Source: Candidatus Methylomirabilota bacterium (lineage in GTDB: Bacteria > Methylomirabilota > Methylomirabilia > Rokubacteriales > CSP1-6). Taken from it: a stretch of 64,000 bases of DNA. The number at the start of each line of letters is the position of its first letter. Within the stretch, counting starts at the first letter, position 1. This document shows positions 41,230-51,619 of this stretch, in pieces. The notes under the pieces were generated by a model. That model was not told where the DNA came from. It did not search any database and saw only the letters and a list, made by a program, of their open reading frames with translations. The position numbers were made by a program, and so were the translations under genes. The stretch covers positions 13,472 to 77,471 of the forward strand of contig DASTFB010000059.1 of the NCBI GenBank assembly GCA_035709005.1. The letters run 5' to 3'.

Positions 41230-42831
41230 GTGGCCTGGTCGCTCCTGATCCGCGGCGGCGAGGTCGTGGACGGAACGGGAGCGCCGCGGCGGCGGGCCGA
41301 CGTCGCCGTCGAGGCCGATCGGATCGCCGCGGTGGGCCCCGACCTCGCCGGCGAGGCCCGCCGGGTGATCGACGCCGGGGGGCACGTGGTGGCCCCGGGG
41401 TTCATCGACATCCACTCGCATTCCGACCTCTTCTACCTGGCCTGCCCGGCCGCCGAGTCGAAGGTCCGTCAGGGCTGCACCACCGAGGTCGTCGGCATGT
41501 GCTCGTTCTCGCCGGCCCCGGTGCCGGCCGCCGGGCGGGATCGGCTGCGGGTCTGGGCCGCGGGCATCGGGGCCCGACTGGACATCGACTGGACGACGTT
41601 CGGCGAGTATCTCGACGCCCTGCGGGCGGCCCGGGTCGGCATCAACGTCGTTCCCTTCGTCGGCCACGGCGCGCTCCGCCTGGCCGCCGTCGGCGCCGAG
41701 AACCGGGCGCCGGCGGCGGGCGAGATGGAGGCCATGCGGCGCATGCTGCACGAGGCGCTCGATGCCGGCGCGTTCGGATTCTCCACGGGGCTGGTGTACC
41801 CGCCGAGCGCCTATGCGGCGACGGAGGAGCTGATCGACCTCGCCCGCGCGATGGCGCGGCGCCGCGGGCTCTATTTCTCGCACATCCGCGGTGAGGCGGC
41901 GATGGTCGAGGACTCGATCCACGAGGCCATCCGGATCGGCGAGGAGGCCGGGGTCGGCGTCCAGATCGCTCACGTGAAGGTCACGGGCCGTGAGAACTGG
42001 GCGATGATCGACCGGGTGCTCGCCCTGATCGATCGGGCGCGTGCCCGCGGCGTCGACGTCAGCGGCGATGCCTACCCGTATCACGCCGGCTCCACTCGCA
42101 TGGACAACCTGCTGCCGGCCTGGGTGCACGACGGCGGGGCCGCCCGCCTGCTCGAGCGCATCGCCGATAGAGCCACGCGCCGGCGCATCGTGGAGGAATC
42201 CCTGGTCGGCGGCGAGCGCTGGCGCACGCAGTCCATGGGAGCGGTGGGCTTCGACGAGGTGCGTATCGCCTCCTGCAGTCAGAAAGACCTGGAAGGGTTG
42301 TCGCTGGCCGACCTGGCCGGTAAGCGAGGGGTGTCGCCCCCCGAGGCCATGATGGATCTGCTGGTCGAGGAACGGGCGACGGTCTCGATGGTGGTCTTCT
42401 CGCAGAGCCCGGACAACGTCGCCAAAGTCCTGGCGCACCCGGCCATCATGGTCGGCTCCGACTCCCTGGGGCTGACGAGCGGGCCGGGGCCGCACCCCGG
42501 CAAGCCGCATCCCCGGATGTACGGGACGTTCCCCCGGGTGCTGGGTCGCTACGCGCGGGACGACCGGGTGCTGTCGCTCGAGGCCGCCGTGCAGAAGATG
42601 ACCGGGATGCCGGCGGCCCGGCTGAGCCTCCACGACCGTGGACTGGTGCGTCCGGGCCAGGCCGCCGACCTGGCGATCTTCGACCCGGTCACCGTCAGGG
42701 ACGAGGCGACGTTCGAGGACCCGCACCGACACCCGACGGGCATTCCGTACGTGATCATCAACGGAGCGGTCGTGGTCGACCGGGGCACCTTCACCCCGGC
42801 CGCCGGCCGGATTCTCCAGCCCCAACGCTGA
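41230..42831 (+). CDS. N-acyl-D-amino-acid deacylase family amidohydrolase
   Basis: PGFIDIHSHSD, FSHIRGE, HVK, GSD, PHPRMYGTFPR. Confidence 0.9.
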   Translation: MAWSLLIRGGEVVDGTGAPRRRADVAVEADRIAAVGPDLAGEARRVIDAGGHVVAPGFIDIHSHSDLFYLACPAAESKVRQGCTTEVVGMCSFSPAPVPAAGRDRLRVWAAGIGARLDIDWTTFGEYLDALRAARVGINVVPFVGHGALRLAAVGAENRAPAAGEMEAMRRMLHEALDAGAFGFSTGLVYPPSAYAATEELIDLARAMARRRGLYFSHIRGEAAMVEDSIHEAIRIGEEAGVGVQIAHVKVTGRENWAMIDRVLALIDRARARGVDVSGDAYPYHAGSTRMDNLLPAWVHDGGAARLLERIADRATRRRIVEESLVGGERWRTQSMGAVGFDEVRIASCSQKDLEGLSLADLAGKRGVSPPEAMMDLLVEERATVSMVVFSQSPDNVAKVLAHPAIMVGSDSLGLTSGPGPHPGKPHPRMYGTFPRVLGRYARDDRVLSLEAAVQKMTGMPAARLSLHDRGLVRPGQAADLAIFDPVTVRDEATFEDPHRHPTGIPYVIINGAVVVDRGTFTPAAGRILQPQR

Positions 42832-42907
42832 CCCGCCGCCGATGGTGATTCCAACGGGGCATGGGCGTGGCAAACCCCGGGGCCCATGCCCAGTGAAGGA
42901 GAACAAT

Positions 42908-44344
42908 ATGCCGAGCGCTCAGATCTTCATCAACGGTCAGTGGCAGCCACCCGCGTCCGGCGAGACCTACTCGCCCATCAACCCGGCGACGGAGGAGCCG
43001 ATCACCCCCGTCGCCAGGGGCGACGAGCGCGACGTCGAGGCGGCGGCGGCCGCCGCCCGCAAAGCCTTCGACGAGGGGCCGTGGCCGCGCATGAGCCCTC
43101 ACGAGCGGGGCCGGATCGTGTGGAAGCTCGGCGATCTCATCCAGGCCAACCTGGACGAGATGGCGCGTCTGGAGAGCCAGTGCACCGGCAAGACGCTGTT
43201 CGACTCGGGCAAGGTCGAGATCCCGTTCGCCGCCGAGGTCTTCCGCTACTACGCGGGCTGGGCCACCAAGATCCACGGCGAGACGCTGCAGCTCCGGGAC
43301 AACGCCTTCACCTTCACCCTGCGGCAGCCGGTCGGCGTGGTCGGGGCGATCGTGCCGTGGAACTTCCCCTTCCTGCTCTCGTCCTGGAAGATCGCCCCCG
43401 CGCTGGCCGCCGGCAACACCGTCGTGCTCAAGCCGGCCTCCCAGACGCCGCTCACCGCGCTCAAGTTCGCCGAGCTGTGTCAGCAGGCCGGCCTGCCCGA
43501 GGGCGTGCTCAACGTGGTGACCGGCCCCGGAGGCAAGGCGGGAATGGCCCTGGTGAAGGATCCCCGGGTGGACAAGATCGCCTTCACCGGCTCGACCGAG
43601 GTGGGCAAGCAGATCATGCGCGAGGCGGCGGGTACGCTCAAGCGCCTGAGCCTGGAGCTCGGCGGCAAGTCGCCCAACATCGTGTTCGCCGACGCCGACA
43701 TGGAGGCGGCGCTCCGGGGCGCCATGACCGGCATCTTCTACAACAAGGGCGAGGTCTGCGCGGCCGGGTCCCGGCTCTTCCTCGAGGAGCGCGTGCACGA
43801 CGAGTTCATGGCCAAGCTCACCGAGCGGGTCAAGGGCCTCAAGGTCGGCGATCCCATGGACAAGGCGACCCGTATGGGTCCCGTCGTGTCCAAACAGCAG
43901 ATGGAGACCGTGCTCTCCTACATCGAGGCGGGCAAGCGCGACGGCGCCCGGCTGGTTGCCGGAGGCTCCCGGATCGGCACCCGGGGCTACTTCGTGGAGC
44001 CGACCATCTTCGACGGCGTGACCAACCGGATGAAGATCGCGCGCGAGGAGATCTTCGGCCCCGTGCTGTCGGTGATCCCCTTCAAGTCCGTGGAGGAAGG
44101 GCTGGCCGAGGGGAACAACACCAGCTACGGGCTGGCCGCGGCGGTGTGGACGCGAGACGTCGCCAAGGCCTTGAAGGCGGCCCGGGCCATCCGGGCCGGC
44201 ACCGTCTGGGTCAACGCCTACAACCTCTTCGACGCCGCGCTGCCGTTCGGCGGCTTCAAGGAGTCGGGCTTCGGCCGCGAGATGGGCTCGGCCGGCCTCG
44301 AGCACTACACCGAGGTCAAGAGCGTGTGGGTCGATCTGTCCTGA
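42908..44344 (+). CDS. Aldehyde dehydrogenase
   Basis: [34 protein letters not shown]. Confidence 0.95.
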   Translation: MPSAQIFINGQWQPPASGETYSPINPATEEPITPVARGDERDVEAAAAAARKAFDEGPWPRMSPHERGRIVWKLGDLIQANLDEMARLESQCTGKTLFDSGKVEIPFAAEVFRYYAGWATKIHGETLQLRDNAFTFTLRQPVGVVGAIVPWNFPFLLSSWKIAPALAAGNTVVLKPASQTPLTALKFAELCQQAGLPEGVLNVVTGPGGKAGMALVKDPRVDKIAFTGSTEVGKQIMREAAGTLKRLSLELGGKSPNIVFADADMEAALRGAMTGIFYNKGEVCAAGSRLFLEERVHDEFMAKLTERVKGLKVGDPMDKATRMGPVVSKQQMETVLSYIEAGKRDGARLVAGGSRIGTRGYFVEPTIFDGVTNRMKIAREEIFGPVLSVIPFKSVEEGLAEGNNTSYGLAAAVWTRDVAKALKAARAIRAGTVWVNAYNLFDAALPFGGFKESGFGREMGSAGLEHYTEVKSVWVDLS

Positions 44345-44347
44345 CGC

Positions 44348-44718
44348 ATGGCCCGAGGGGGACTCGCGCGCGTCCCCAGCGCATCCAGCCGAAGCTCAAG
44401 GTCTGGGTGGTGTTCGGCTCTCGAGTGAAGTTCGGCGATGGGCGGGCGCGGCTGCTCGAGCTGGTCGATGAGCTGGGCTCGCTGCGGCGGGCGGTGGGCC
44501 GGGTCGGCATGTCCTACCGCGCCGCCTGGGGGTATTTTCGCGAGCTGGAGCGCGCCTCCGGTGTGAAGGTGCTCGAGCAGATTCCCGGCGCCGGCCCCCG
44601 CGCCGGGACCCGCCTCACGGCCGAGGGGCGCGCTCTCGTCGCGCGCTTCCGCCGTTTTCAGGCCGGCATCGATACCAGCGCCCGCCGCGGCTTCGCGCGG
44701 ATCTTCAGCGACCGCTGA
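44348..44718 (+). pseudogene. ModE-type winged-helix regulator, apparently frameshifted near its start
   Basis: KVW..FGDGRARLLE..GSL..A..GMSYRAAW; ATG 44348 is out of frame by one base across a G5 run. Confidence 0.65.
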
Positions 44719-45010
44719 GCGGCTGCCGGACGCCGGAGCCAGGGCTCAGGACCGCCCGGGCTCAATAGAAGAACACGCAGGGTCTTCCCCAGCTCAAGCC
44801 CTTGGCAAGCCGGATCCCTCGCAGCATCTCGGACCCTCCGTGTTGACCGCGGTGGCTGGGAAGCAGGGACCGACCCTGCCGCTCGTCGCGAAGTTTGACA
44901 GTCGTGGACAGGGCTTCGACCGCCCCGTGGCGCCCGGGCGGGAGGTCGGCACGGAGATAGCTCGACGCCAACCGACTGGCAAGGCCGCCCTGACCGTCCC
45001 CCGCGCCCTT

Positions 45011-45036
45011 GATTATGCTTGCGGAAGCATATATAG
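45011..45036. promoter_or_regulatory. AT-rich inverted repeat, candidate ModE-family operator
   Basis: TATGCTT-GCGG-AAGCATA (45014-45031) followed by TATAG, upstream of tupA. Confidence 0.4.
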
Positions 45037-45095
45037 AGAGGGCACTCGTATCGGACGCGTCTCAGGACCGACAACCGTTGACGAAGAGGTGCTGA

Positions 45096-45929
45096 ATGAG
45101 ACGAGTGGGCATACTCATCCTGGCGGCGTGGGTGGGGTTGGCCATCTCGAGCTACGGCGCGGCGCAGTCGAACACCGTCATTCTCTCCACCACCACCAGC
45201 ACGCAGGACTCGGGGTTGCTCGACGTGCTGGTGCCGATGTTCGAGAAGAAGACGGGCCTGAGCGTCAAGGCGATCTCCGTGGGGACGGGCCAGGCTCTGG
45301 CGCTGGCCGCGCGGGGAGAGGCCGACGTGACCCTGGCCCACGCGCCCTCGCTCGAGAAGAAGTACGTGGCCGAGGGCAAGATGCGCAACCGCCGCCTCGT
45401 CATGTACAACGACTTCGTCCTGATCGGGCCCGCGGCCGATCCGGCCAAGGTCAAGGGGGAGCAGAGGGCGCTGGCCGCCTTGAAGAAGATCGCCGCCGCC
45501 GGCGCTCGCTTCGTCTCACGAGGCGACAAGTCGGGCACCCACAACCTGGAGCTCAACCTCTGGAAGCAGGCGGGGGTGAAGCCGGGCGCGCCCTGGTACG
45601 TCGAGTCCGGCCAGGGCATGGGCGCCACCCTGGGCATCGCCGACGATCGTCAGGCCTACACGCTCACGGACCGGGCCACGCTGCTGGCCTTCAGCAAGCG
45701 CGTGAAGCTCATCACGCTGCTGGACGGCGATCGTCCGCTTCTCAACATCTACTCGGTCATGGAGGTCAACCCGGCCAACGGCCCCCGCGTCAACGAACAG
45801 GGGGGCAAGGCGTTCGCCGACTTCATGCTGGCGCCGGAGACCCAGGCCGTCATCGAGACCTTCGGCGTCGACAAGTACGGCCAGCCGCTCTTCGTTCCCA
45901 TCGCCGGCAAGAAGGACGAGGACCTCTAG
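45096..45929 (+). CDS. tupA: Tungstate ABC transporter substrate-binding protein
   Basis: STTTSTQDSGLL, VGTGQAL, HAP, MYNDF, SRGDKSGTH, YTLTDRAT. Confidence 0.9.
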   Translation: MRRVGILILAAWVGLAISSYGAAQSNTVILSTTTSTQDSGLLDVLVPMFEKKTGLSVKAISVGTGQALALAARGEADVTLAHAPSLEKKYVAEGKMRNRRLVMYNDFVLIGPAADPAKVKGEQRALAALKKIAAAGARFVSRGDKSGTHNLELNLWKQAGVKPGAPWYVESGQGMGATLGIADDRQAYTLTDRATLLAFSKRVKLITLLDGDRPLLNIYSVMEVNPANGPRVNEQGGKAFADFMLAPETQAVIETFGVDKYGQPLFVPIAGKKDEDL

Positions 45930-45932
45930 GCG

Positions 45933-46628
45933 GTGGACCTTCTCGTCGAGGGGACCCGGCGCGCCATCGCGCTCCTGCTCGGCGCCGATCCCGAGATCTG
46001 GGCGATCCTGTGGCTGTCGCTCCAGGTCTCGGCCACCGCCACCGGCCTGGCCCTGGTCATCGGCATTCCCGTGGGTGTGGTGCTGGCCCTCGCGCGGTTC
46101 CCGGGGCGGATGCTCCTGGTCAGCGGGGTCAATGCGGGGATGGGGCTGCCCCCGGTGGTGGTGGGACTCTTCGTCACGATCCTGCTCTGGCGCGCCGGGC
46201 CTCTGGGCGAGCTGGAGGTGCTCTACACGCCCGCGGCCATCGTCATCGCCCAGGCGGCGATCGCCTCGCCCATCGTCACCGGCATCACGCTGGCCGCGGT
46301 CCAGAACATCCCCGAGATGTTCCGACTCCAGCTCCTCGGGCTGGGCGCCTCTCGGCGCCAGATGGTGTGGGTGGTGCTGCGCGAGGCGCGCCTGCCCATG
46401 CTGGCCGCCGTCATGGCGGGCTTCGGGGGGATCATCTCGGAGATCGGCGCCTCCATGATGGTGGGCGGCAACATCAAGGGCCACACGCGAACGCTGACCA
46501 CGGCGATGGTGCTGGAGACCGGTAAGGGCAACTTCGATATCGCCATCGCGCTGTCGATCCTGCTGCTGACGCTGGTCTTCCTGGCCAGCTGGGCGCTGAC
46601 CTCCATCCAGCAGCGTCGCGCGTTGTGA
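45933..46628 (+). CDS. tupB: Tungstate ABC transporter permease
   Basis: MGLPPVVVGL, LYTP.AIVIAQ, EIGASMMVGGNIKGHTRTLTTA. Confidence 0.88.
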   Translation: MDLLVEGTRRAIALLLGADPEIWAILWLSLQVSATATGLALVIGIPVGVVLALARFPGRMLLVSGVNAGMGLPPVVVGLFVTILLWRAGPLGELEVLYTPAAIVIAQAAIASPIVTGITLAAVQNIPEMFRLQLLGLGASRRQMVWVVLREARLPMLAAVMAGFGGIISEIGASMMVGGNIKGHTRTLTTAMVLETGKGNFDIAIALSILLLTLVFLASWALTSIQQRRAL

Positions 46629-46705
46629 TCGCCACGGCCAGGCCCCTCGCGTCGCCCGATTACGGGGGCTGGCGGCGGACGTACCGCAGACGTTAGGATC
46701 TGCTC

Positions 46706-47566
46706 ATGAAACGGTTCGAGGTCGTCCAGGCCGACAGCGTGGAAGACTGCCTGCGGGCGCTCGCCGCGCACGGGCGCGAGGCGAAGCTCCTGGCAGGAGG
46801 CACGGATCTGCTGCCCCAGCTCAAGAACGGGATGCTGGCCCCCCGCTACATGGTCGACCTGTCCAGGGTCACCCGGTTGCGGACCCTGGACGTCCATGAC
46901 GGGCTCCGGGTGGGCGCCGCGGTGACGGCCCGAGAGCTCGAGCTGAATCAAGCCGTCCAGACGCGCTATCCGGCGCTGGCCGAGAGCGGCGCCCTCGTCG
47001 GCTCGGTCCAGGTGCGCAACCTGGCCACCGTGGGCGGCAACCTCTGCAATGCCGCGCCCTCGGCCGACATGGCCCCGCCGCTCCTGGCCCTGGAGGCCGA
47101 GGCGGTGATCGCCGGGCCCCGCGGCGAGCGGCGGGTGCCCCTGAGCGCGTTCTTCGCGGACGTGAGGCGCACGGTGCTGGCGCCCGACGAGCTGCTGCTC
47201 GAGCTCGTGATCCCGGCTCCGGCGCCGCGGAGCGGAGGACGTTACCTGCGCCACACGCCGCGGCGTGAGCTGGACATCGCCGTGGTGGGCGTCGCCTCCC
47301 AGCTCAGCCTGTCGGACGGCATCTGCGCGCGGGCGCGCATCGCGCTCGCTGCCGTAGCGCCGATTCCCCTCCGGGCGACGGCTGCCGAGCAGGCGCTGGA
47401 AGGGCGACCGCTCACGGCCGAGCTCATCGAGGAGGCGGCGGGGCTGGCGGCGGAGGCCGCCCGACCCATCAGCGATCAACGGGGATCGGCCGAGTTCCGC
47501 CGCCATCTCGTCCGCGTCCTGACGCGACGGACACTGACCTCCGCGCTCGCGCGAGCGCGGAGCTGA
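46706..47566 (+). CDS. Xanthine dehydrogenase family FAD-binding subunit
   Basis: LAGGTDL, QVRNLATVGGNLCNAAPSAD. Confidence 0.92.
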   Translation: MKRFEVVQADSVEDCLRALAAHGREAKLLAGGTDLLPQLKNGMLAPRYMVDLSRVTRLRTLDVHDGLRVGAAVTARELELNQAVQTRYPALAESGALVGSVQVRNLATVGGNLCNAAPSADMAPPLLALEAEAVIAGPRGERRVPLSAFFADVRRTVLAPDELLLELVIPAPAPRSGGRYLRHTPRRELDIAVVGVASQLSLSDGICARARIALAAVAPIPLRATAAEQALEGRPLTAELIEEAAGLAAEAARPISDQRGSAEFRRHLVRVLTRRTLTSALARARS

Positions 47567-47583
47567 GCGAGAGGAGCTTCGAA

Positions 47584-48057
47584 GTGGCCAAGCAGGCCCT
47601 GAGCTTTACGGTGAACGACGAGGCGGTGGAGGTGCTGGTCCAGCCCTGGGACACCCTGCTGGACGCGCTGCGGGAGCGGCTGGGCCTCACGGGGCCGAAG
47701 GAGGGTTGCGGCACTGGCGACTGTGGGGCCTGCACGGTGCACGTCGATGACAAGCCGGTGGCGAGCTGCCTGATGCTGGCGGTGCAAGCGCGCGGCCGCT
47801 CGGTGCGCACGATCGAGGGGCTGGGCCGGCCGGGGGCGCTTCATCCGCTGCAGGACGCCTTCGTGCGGCACGGCGTGCCCCAGTGCGGATTCTGCATTCC
47901 CGGAGTCCTGATGGCCGCAGCAGCCTTGCTGGCCGAGAACCCGCGTCCGACCCCCGAGGAGATCCGCTACGGCATCGCCGGCAACCTCTGCCGGTGTACG
48001 GGCTACACGACCATGATCACCGCCATCAGTGAAGCCGCTGCCGCGGCGGCGAGGTAG
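47584..48057 (+). CDS. Xanthine dehydrogenase family [2Fe-2S] subunit
   Basis: GCGTGDCGAC..C; QCGFC..CRCTGY. Confidence 0.94.
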   Translation: MAKQALSFTVNDEAVEVLVQPWDTLLDALRERLGLTGPKEGCGTGDCGACTVHVDDKPVASCLMLAVQARGRSVRTIEGLGRPGALHPLQDAFVRHGVPQCGFCIPGVLMAAAALLAENPRPTPEEIRYGIAGNLCRCTGYTTMITAISEAAAAAAR

Positions 48058-48063
48058 ACCACC

Positions 48064-50388
48064 ATGGCCCAGAAGACGACGCGCGATGTCCGGGGAGTGG
48101 GGCTGGCCATCCCCCGGCCCGACGGCCCCGAGAAAGTCACCGGCCGGGTCCAGTACGTGGCCGATCTGCAGCCACGCGGGCTCCTGCACGCCAAGCTGCT
48201 CCGGAGTCCGCACGCCCACGCCCGCATCGTACGGATCGACACCACCCGGGCCCGGGCGCTGCCGGGCGTGCGCGCGGTCCTCACCGCGGCCGATGTCCCC
48301 GAGCTCAAGCGCAAGGCGCCGACGCGCGCCCACGCGGTGCTGGCGATCGATCGCGTGGTGTTCGTTGGACAGCCGGTGGCCGCCGTCGCGGCCGACGAGC
48401 TGGCCATCGCCGAAGAGGCGATCGATCTCATCACTGTCGAGTACGAGGTGCTCCCGGCCTCCGTGGACCCGCTGAAGTCGATGCAGGTCGGCGCGCCCGG
48501 CGTCGCTGACGCCGGCACCGAAGCGGACACCAGCGAGGCCATGGCCCACGGAGCCGTCACGGTGGCCAAGACCGATGCGCCCCCGCCCAAGGCCGCCAAC
48601 GTGGCCCAGCAGTCGCGGCTCCACCGCGGCGACGTCGCCAGGGGCTTCGCGGAATCCGACCTGGTGCTCGAGAAGACCTATCGTGTGCCGATGGTGCACC
48701 AGGGCTACCTCGAGCCGCACGCCGTGCTGGCCGAATGGGACCGCACGGGGTTCCTCACCCTGTGGGCCAGCACGCAAGGCTCGTTCAACACCCGCTCCGA
48801 GGTCGCGGACGTCCTGCAGATGTCAGAGAACCAGATCCGCGTGATCCCGATGGAGTGCGGGGGCGGCTTCGGCGGGAAGATCCGCGCCCTGTGCGAGCCG
48901 ATCACCGCGCTGCTGGCCCGGGCCACCGGGCGGCCGGTGCGCTACGTGATGACCCGGCGCGAGGAGCTGGAGGCCGGCAACCCCGCGCCCCAGGTCATCA
49001 TCCGGCTCAAGACCGGCGTGAAGCGAGACGGCACGCTGATGGCGCTCGAGGCGGAGACCGTGTTAGAGGCGGGCGCCTTCTCGGGAGCGGTCCTGGCCGT
49101 GAGCGCGGTCTTCCTGGCCAGCCTCTACAAGTGGCCGGCGTTCGAGGTGCGCGGGGCCGAGGTGCTCACCCACAAGCCGAGCATTGCCGCCTATCGGGCC
49201 CCGGTCGCCCCCCAGACGATCTTCGCCATCGACTCGCACATGGAGCAGATCGCCCGCGCGCTGGGGCTCGACCCGGTCGAGTTCCGCCGGCGCCACCTCA
49301 TCGCCGAGGGCGATCCGATGGCCAATGGCCAGCCCTGGCAGAGCAACGGCGCGCGGGAAGTCCTGGACCGCATCGCTGGGCACCCGCTCTGGAAGAGCCG
49401 GGCCGAGTGGAAGGCCAGCGGCGGCAAAGGCCATGGCCTGCGGGGGACGGGGCTGGCCCTGGGCGGGTGGCTCGGCGGCCTTCAGCCGACCGGCGCCACG
49501 GTGCGCCTCAACCCCGACGGGACGGTCAGCGTCCTCACCGGCCAGGTGGACATCGCCGGCACCAACATCGCGCTGGCCCAGATCGCCGCCTCCGCGTACG
49601 GCGTCGATATCGAGAAGGTCCGCATCACCACCGGGGACACCGATACCGCGCCGATGACCGGGCTCAGCGCCGGCAGCAAGACGGTCTACACGGTCGGCAC
49701 GGCCGTGCTCCAGGCGGCGGAGGACGCGCGCCGGCAGACGCTGGAGATCGCGGCCTCGGAGCTGGAAGCTTCCGTCCACGATCTCGAGCTCGTGGATGGC
49801 CGCGTGACCGTTCGGGGCATGCCCGATCGTGGCATCACGCTCGCCCAGATCGGCAAGAAGGGCAATCTCTACATGTCCAAGGTGCCGCCCGTCCTCGGGG
49901 TGAGCCGCCCGGCGTTCTCCCAGCAGGCCCCGGGCTTCGCCGCTCAGCTAGCGCGGATCGAGGTCGACCCCGACACCGGAGAGGTCACGGTGTACGACTT
50001 CGTGGTCGTCCAGGACGTGGGCAAGGCGATCAACCCGCTGGGCGTCGAGGGACAGATGCAGGGCGGCGCGGTGCAGAGCCTGGGGATGGCGCTCACCGAG
50101 GCCCTGACGTACGACGACGAGGGCCGCCTGACCAACCCCAGCCTGCTCGACTACCGCAAGCTCACCGCGGCGGATCTTCCGGACATCGAGACGATCATCG
50201 TGGAGAAGCCGTCGCCGTCCGGCCCCTTCGGGGCCCGGGGCGTCGGCGAGCCGCCCATCGTCCCGGCGCCCGCCGCCATCGCCAACGCGGTCGAGGACGC
50301 GACGGGAGTCCGGATCACCACGGCCCCGCTCACGCCCGAGCGCATCGCGCTGGCGCTGCTCGCCGGGCCGCCCGCCAGAACCGGCTAG
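48064..50388 (+). CDS. Xanthine dehydrogenase family molybdopterin-binding subunit
   Basis: YLEPH, STQG, GGGFGGK, AYRAPV, GQMQGG, GARGVGEPP. Confidence 0.93.
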   Translation: MAQKTTRDVRGVGLAIPRPDGPEKVTGRVQYVADLQPRGLLHAKLLRSPHAHARIVRIDTTRARALPGVRAVLTAADVPELKRKAPTRAHAVLAIDRVVFVGQPVAAVAADELAIAEEAIDLITVEYEVLPASVDPLKSMQVGAPGVADAGTEADTSEAMAHGAVTVAKTDAPPPKAANVAQQSRLHRGDVARGFAESDLVLEKTYRVPMVHQGYLEPHAVLAEWDRTGFLTLWASTQGSFNTRSEVADVLQMSENQIRVIPMECGGGFGGKIRALCEPITALLARATGRPVRYVMTRREELEAGNPAPQVIIRLKTGVKRDGTLMALEAETVLEAGAFSGAVLAVSAVFLASLYKWPAFEVRGAEVLTHKPSIAAYRAPVAPQTIFAIDSHMEQIARALGLDPVEFRRRHLIAEGDPMANGQPWQSNGAREVLDRIAGHPLWKSRAEWKASGGKGHGLRGTGLALGGWLGGLQPTGATVRLNPDGTVSVLTGQVDIAGTNIALAQIAASAYGVDIEKVRITTGDTDTAPMTGLSAGSKTVYTVGTAVLQAAEDARRQTLEIAASELEASVHDLELVDGRVTVRGMPDRGITLAQIGKKGNLYMSKVPPVLGVSRPAFSQQAPGFAAQLARIEVDPDTGEVTVYDFVVVQDVGKAINPLGVEGQMQGGAVQSLGMALTEALTYDDEGRLTNPSLLDYRKLTAADLPDIETIIVEKPSPSGPFGARGVGEPPIVPAPAAIANAVEDATGVRITTAPLTPERIALALLAGPPARTG

Positions 50389-50414
50389 ACGTCTCCGCGG
50401 GCCCAGGCGACTCG

Positions 50415-50849
50415 ATGTGGATCGCCGGCAACCGCTACGACGTGCGAGAGCTGAACGGCGCGTTCGGCGACCTGGGCACGCTGATCCCCTTCGTCCTCGG
50501 GGCCCTGGTCATGCTGGGCCTGCTCATGGTGCTCGTGGGCCTCGGCCTCGCCGACTCGGTGAGCATCCTGCTGCGGCTGTTCCCGGCCGCGGTGCTCGGC
50601 GTAATTCTGATGTTCGGCGGCCTGGAGCTGGCCAGGGGCCTGCTGCCCAGTGTCGCCACGGGCAGCGATCGTGCGGTGACCCTGCTCACGGCCGCCGTCG
50701 CGATGTGGAACATGGGCGCAGGCTTCCTGGCGGGCCTCGCCCTCTGGTACATGCACCCGGGCAACGGACGCGCACGCCAGCCCGAGGACGAGGCTCGGGG
50801 CCCCCGCGCACGTGGCATAGTGAGGCCTGACCGAGAGGAGGGCGCATGA
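50415..50849 (+). pseudogene. MOT-type (sulfate/molybdate) transporter with large in-frame internal deletion
   Basis: GNRYDVRELNGAFGDLGTLIPF is joined directly to GALVMLG..LLRLFPAAVLGVILMFGGLELA; only 144 aa. Confidence 0.7.
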
Positions 50850-51619
50850 AGGTGTTGACGGTGCTGATGCTGCTGGCGCTCCTGCACGCGAGCGGCGGGC
50901 CCGCGGTGGCCGCCGAGCTCCTGCTCTCCGTCGCCATCAGCATGAAGGAAGCCGCAGAGGACGTGGGCCGCCGGTTCGTCGAGCACCATCCCGGTGTGAC
51001 GTTGCGGTACAACTTCGGCGCCACTGGCGATCTGCAGAAGCAGATCGAGGCGGGCGCCCCGGTGGACGTGTTCGTCTCGGCCGCTCAGCGCCAGATGGAC
51101 GAGCTGGAGCTCGGCGGGTTCATCGTTCCGGAGAGCCGCCGGGTGTTCGCCCGCAACGTCCTGGTCACGGTCAAGTCGGCGGCCGAGCCTCTGGATCTGC
51201 CGGGACCGTCGGACCTTCTCGATCGACGCGTCCAGCGAATTGCCATTGGCAATCCCAGGACGGTACCGGCCGGGCAGTACGCCGAGGAGAGCCTGCGCAC
51301 GCTGAGGCTGTGGGACCGGCTCAAGAGCCGGCTGGTGTTCGGGGAGAACGTCCGCCAGGTGCTCGACTACGTCAGCCGGGACGAGGTCCACGTGGGCATC
51401 GTGTACGCCACCGACGCCCTGACCCGCGCGGGCCAGGTGCGTCTGGCCTTTGCCTTTCCCGAGGATACGCACAGCCCGATCGTGTACCCGGCCGCCGTGG
51501 TGAAGAGCAGCCGCCACCGCGAGCTGGCCCGGGCCTTCGTCGAGATACTGGCCGGATCGGAGGGCCAGGCGGTGCTGCGCCGTCTGGGCTTCGAGCTGCC
51601 CGGCCCCGATCGTCGATGA
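50846..51619 (+). CDS. modA: Molybdate ABC transporter substrate-binding protein
   Basis: VAISM, FGATG, DVFVSA, GNPRTVPAGQYA, NVRQVL, VYATD, IVYPAA. Confidence 0.92.
   Translation: MKVLTVLMLLALLHASGGPAVAAELLLSVAISMKEAAEDVGRRFVEHHPGVTLRYNFGATGDLQKQIEAGAPVDVFVSAAQRQMDELELGGFIVPESRRVFARNVLVTVKSAAEPLDLPGPSDLLDRRVQRIAIGNPRTVPAGQYAEESLRTLRLWDRLKSRLVFGENVRQVLDYVSRDEVHVGIVYATDALTRAGQVRLAFAFPEDTHSPIVYPAAVVKSSRHRELARAFVEILAGSEGQAVLRRLGFELPGPDRR

Noticed and set aside
44762-44971. XRE-like HTH remnant (LRGIRLAKGLS)
   Set aside because: The resemblance is about 11 residues with no further HTH; it may be chance.
46706-50388. Aerobic CO dehydrogenase (coxMSL)
   Set aside because: The active-site loop is AYRAPV, not AYxCSFR or AYRGAGR.
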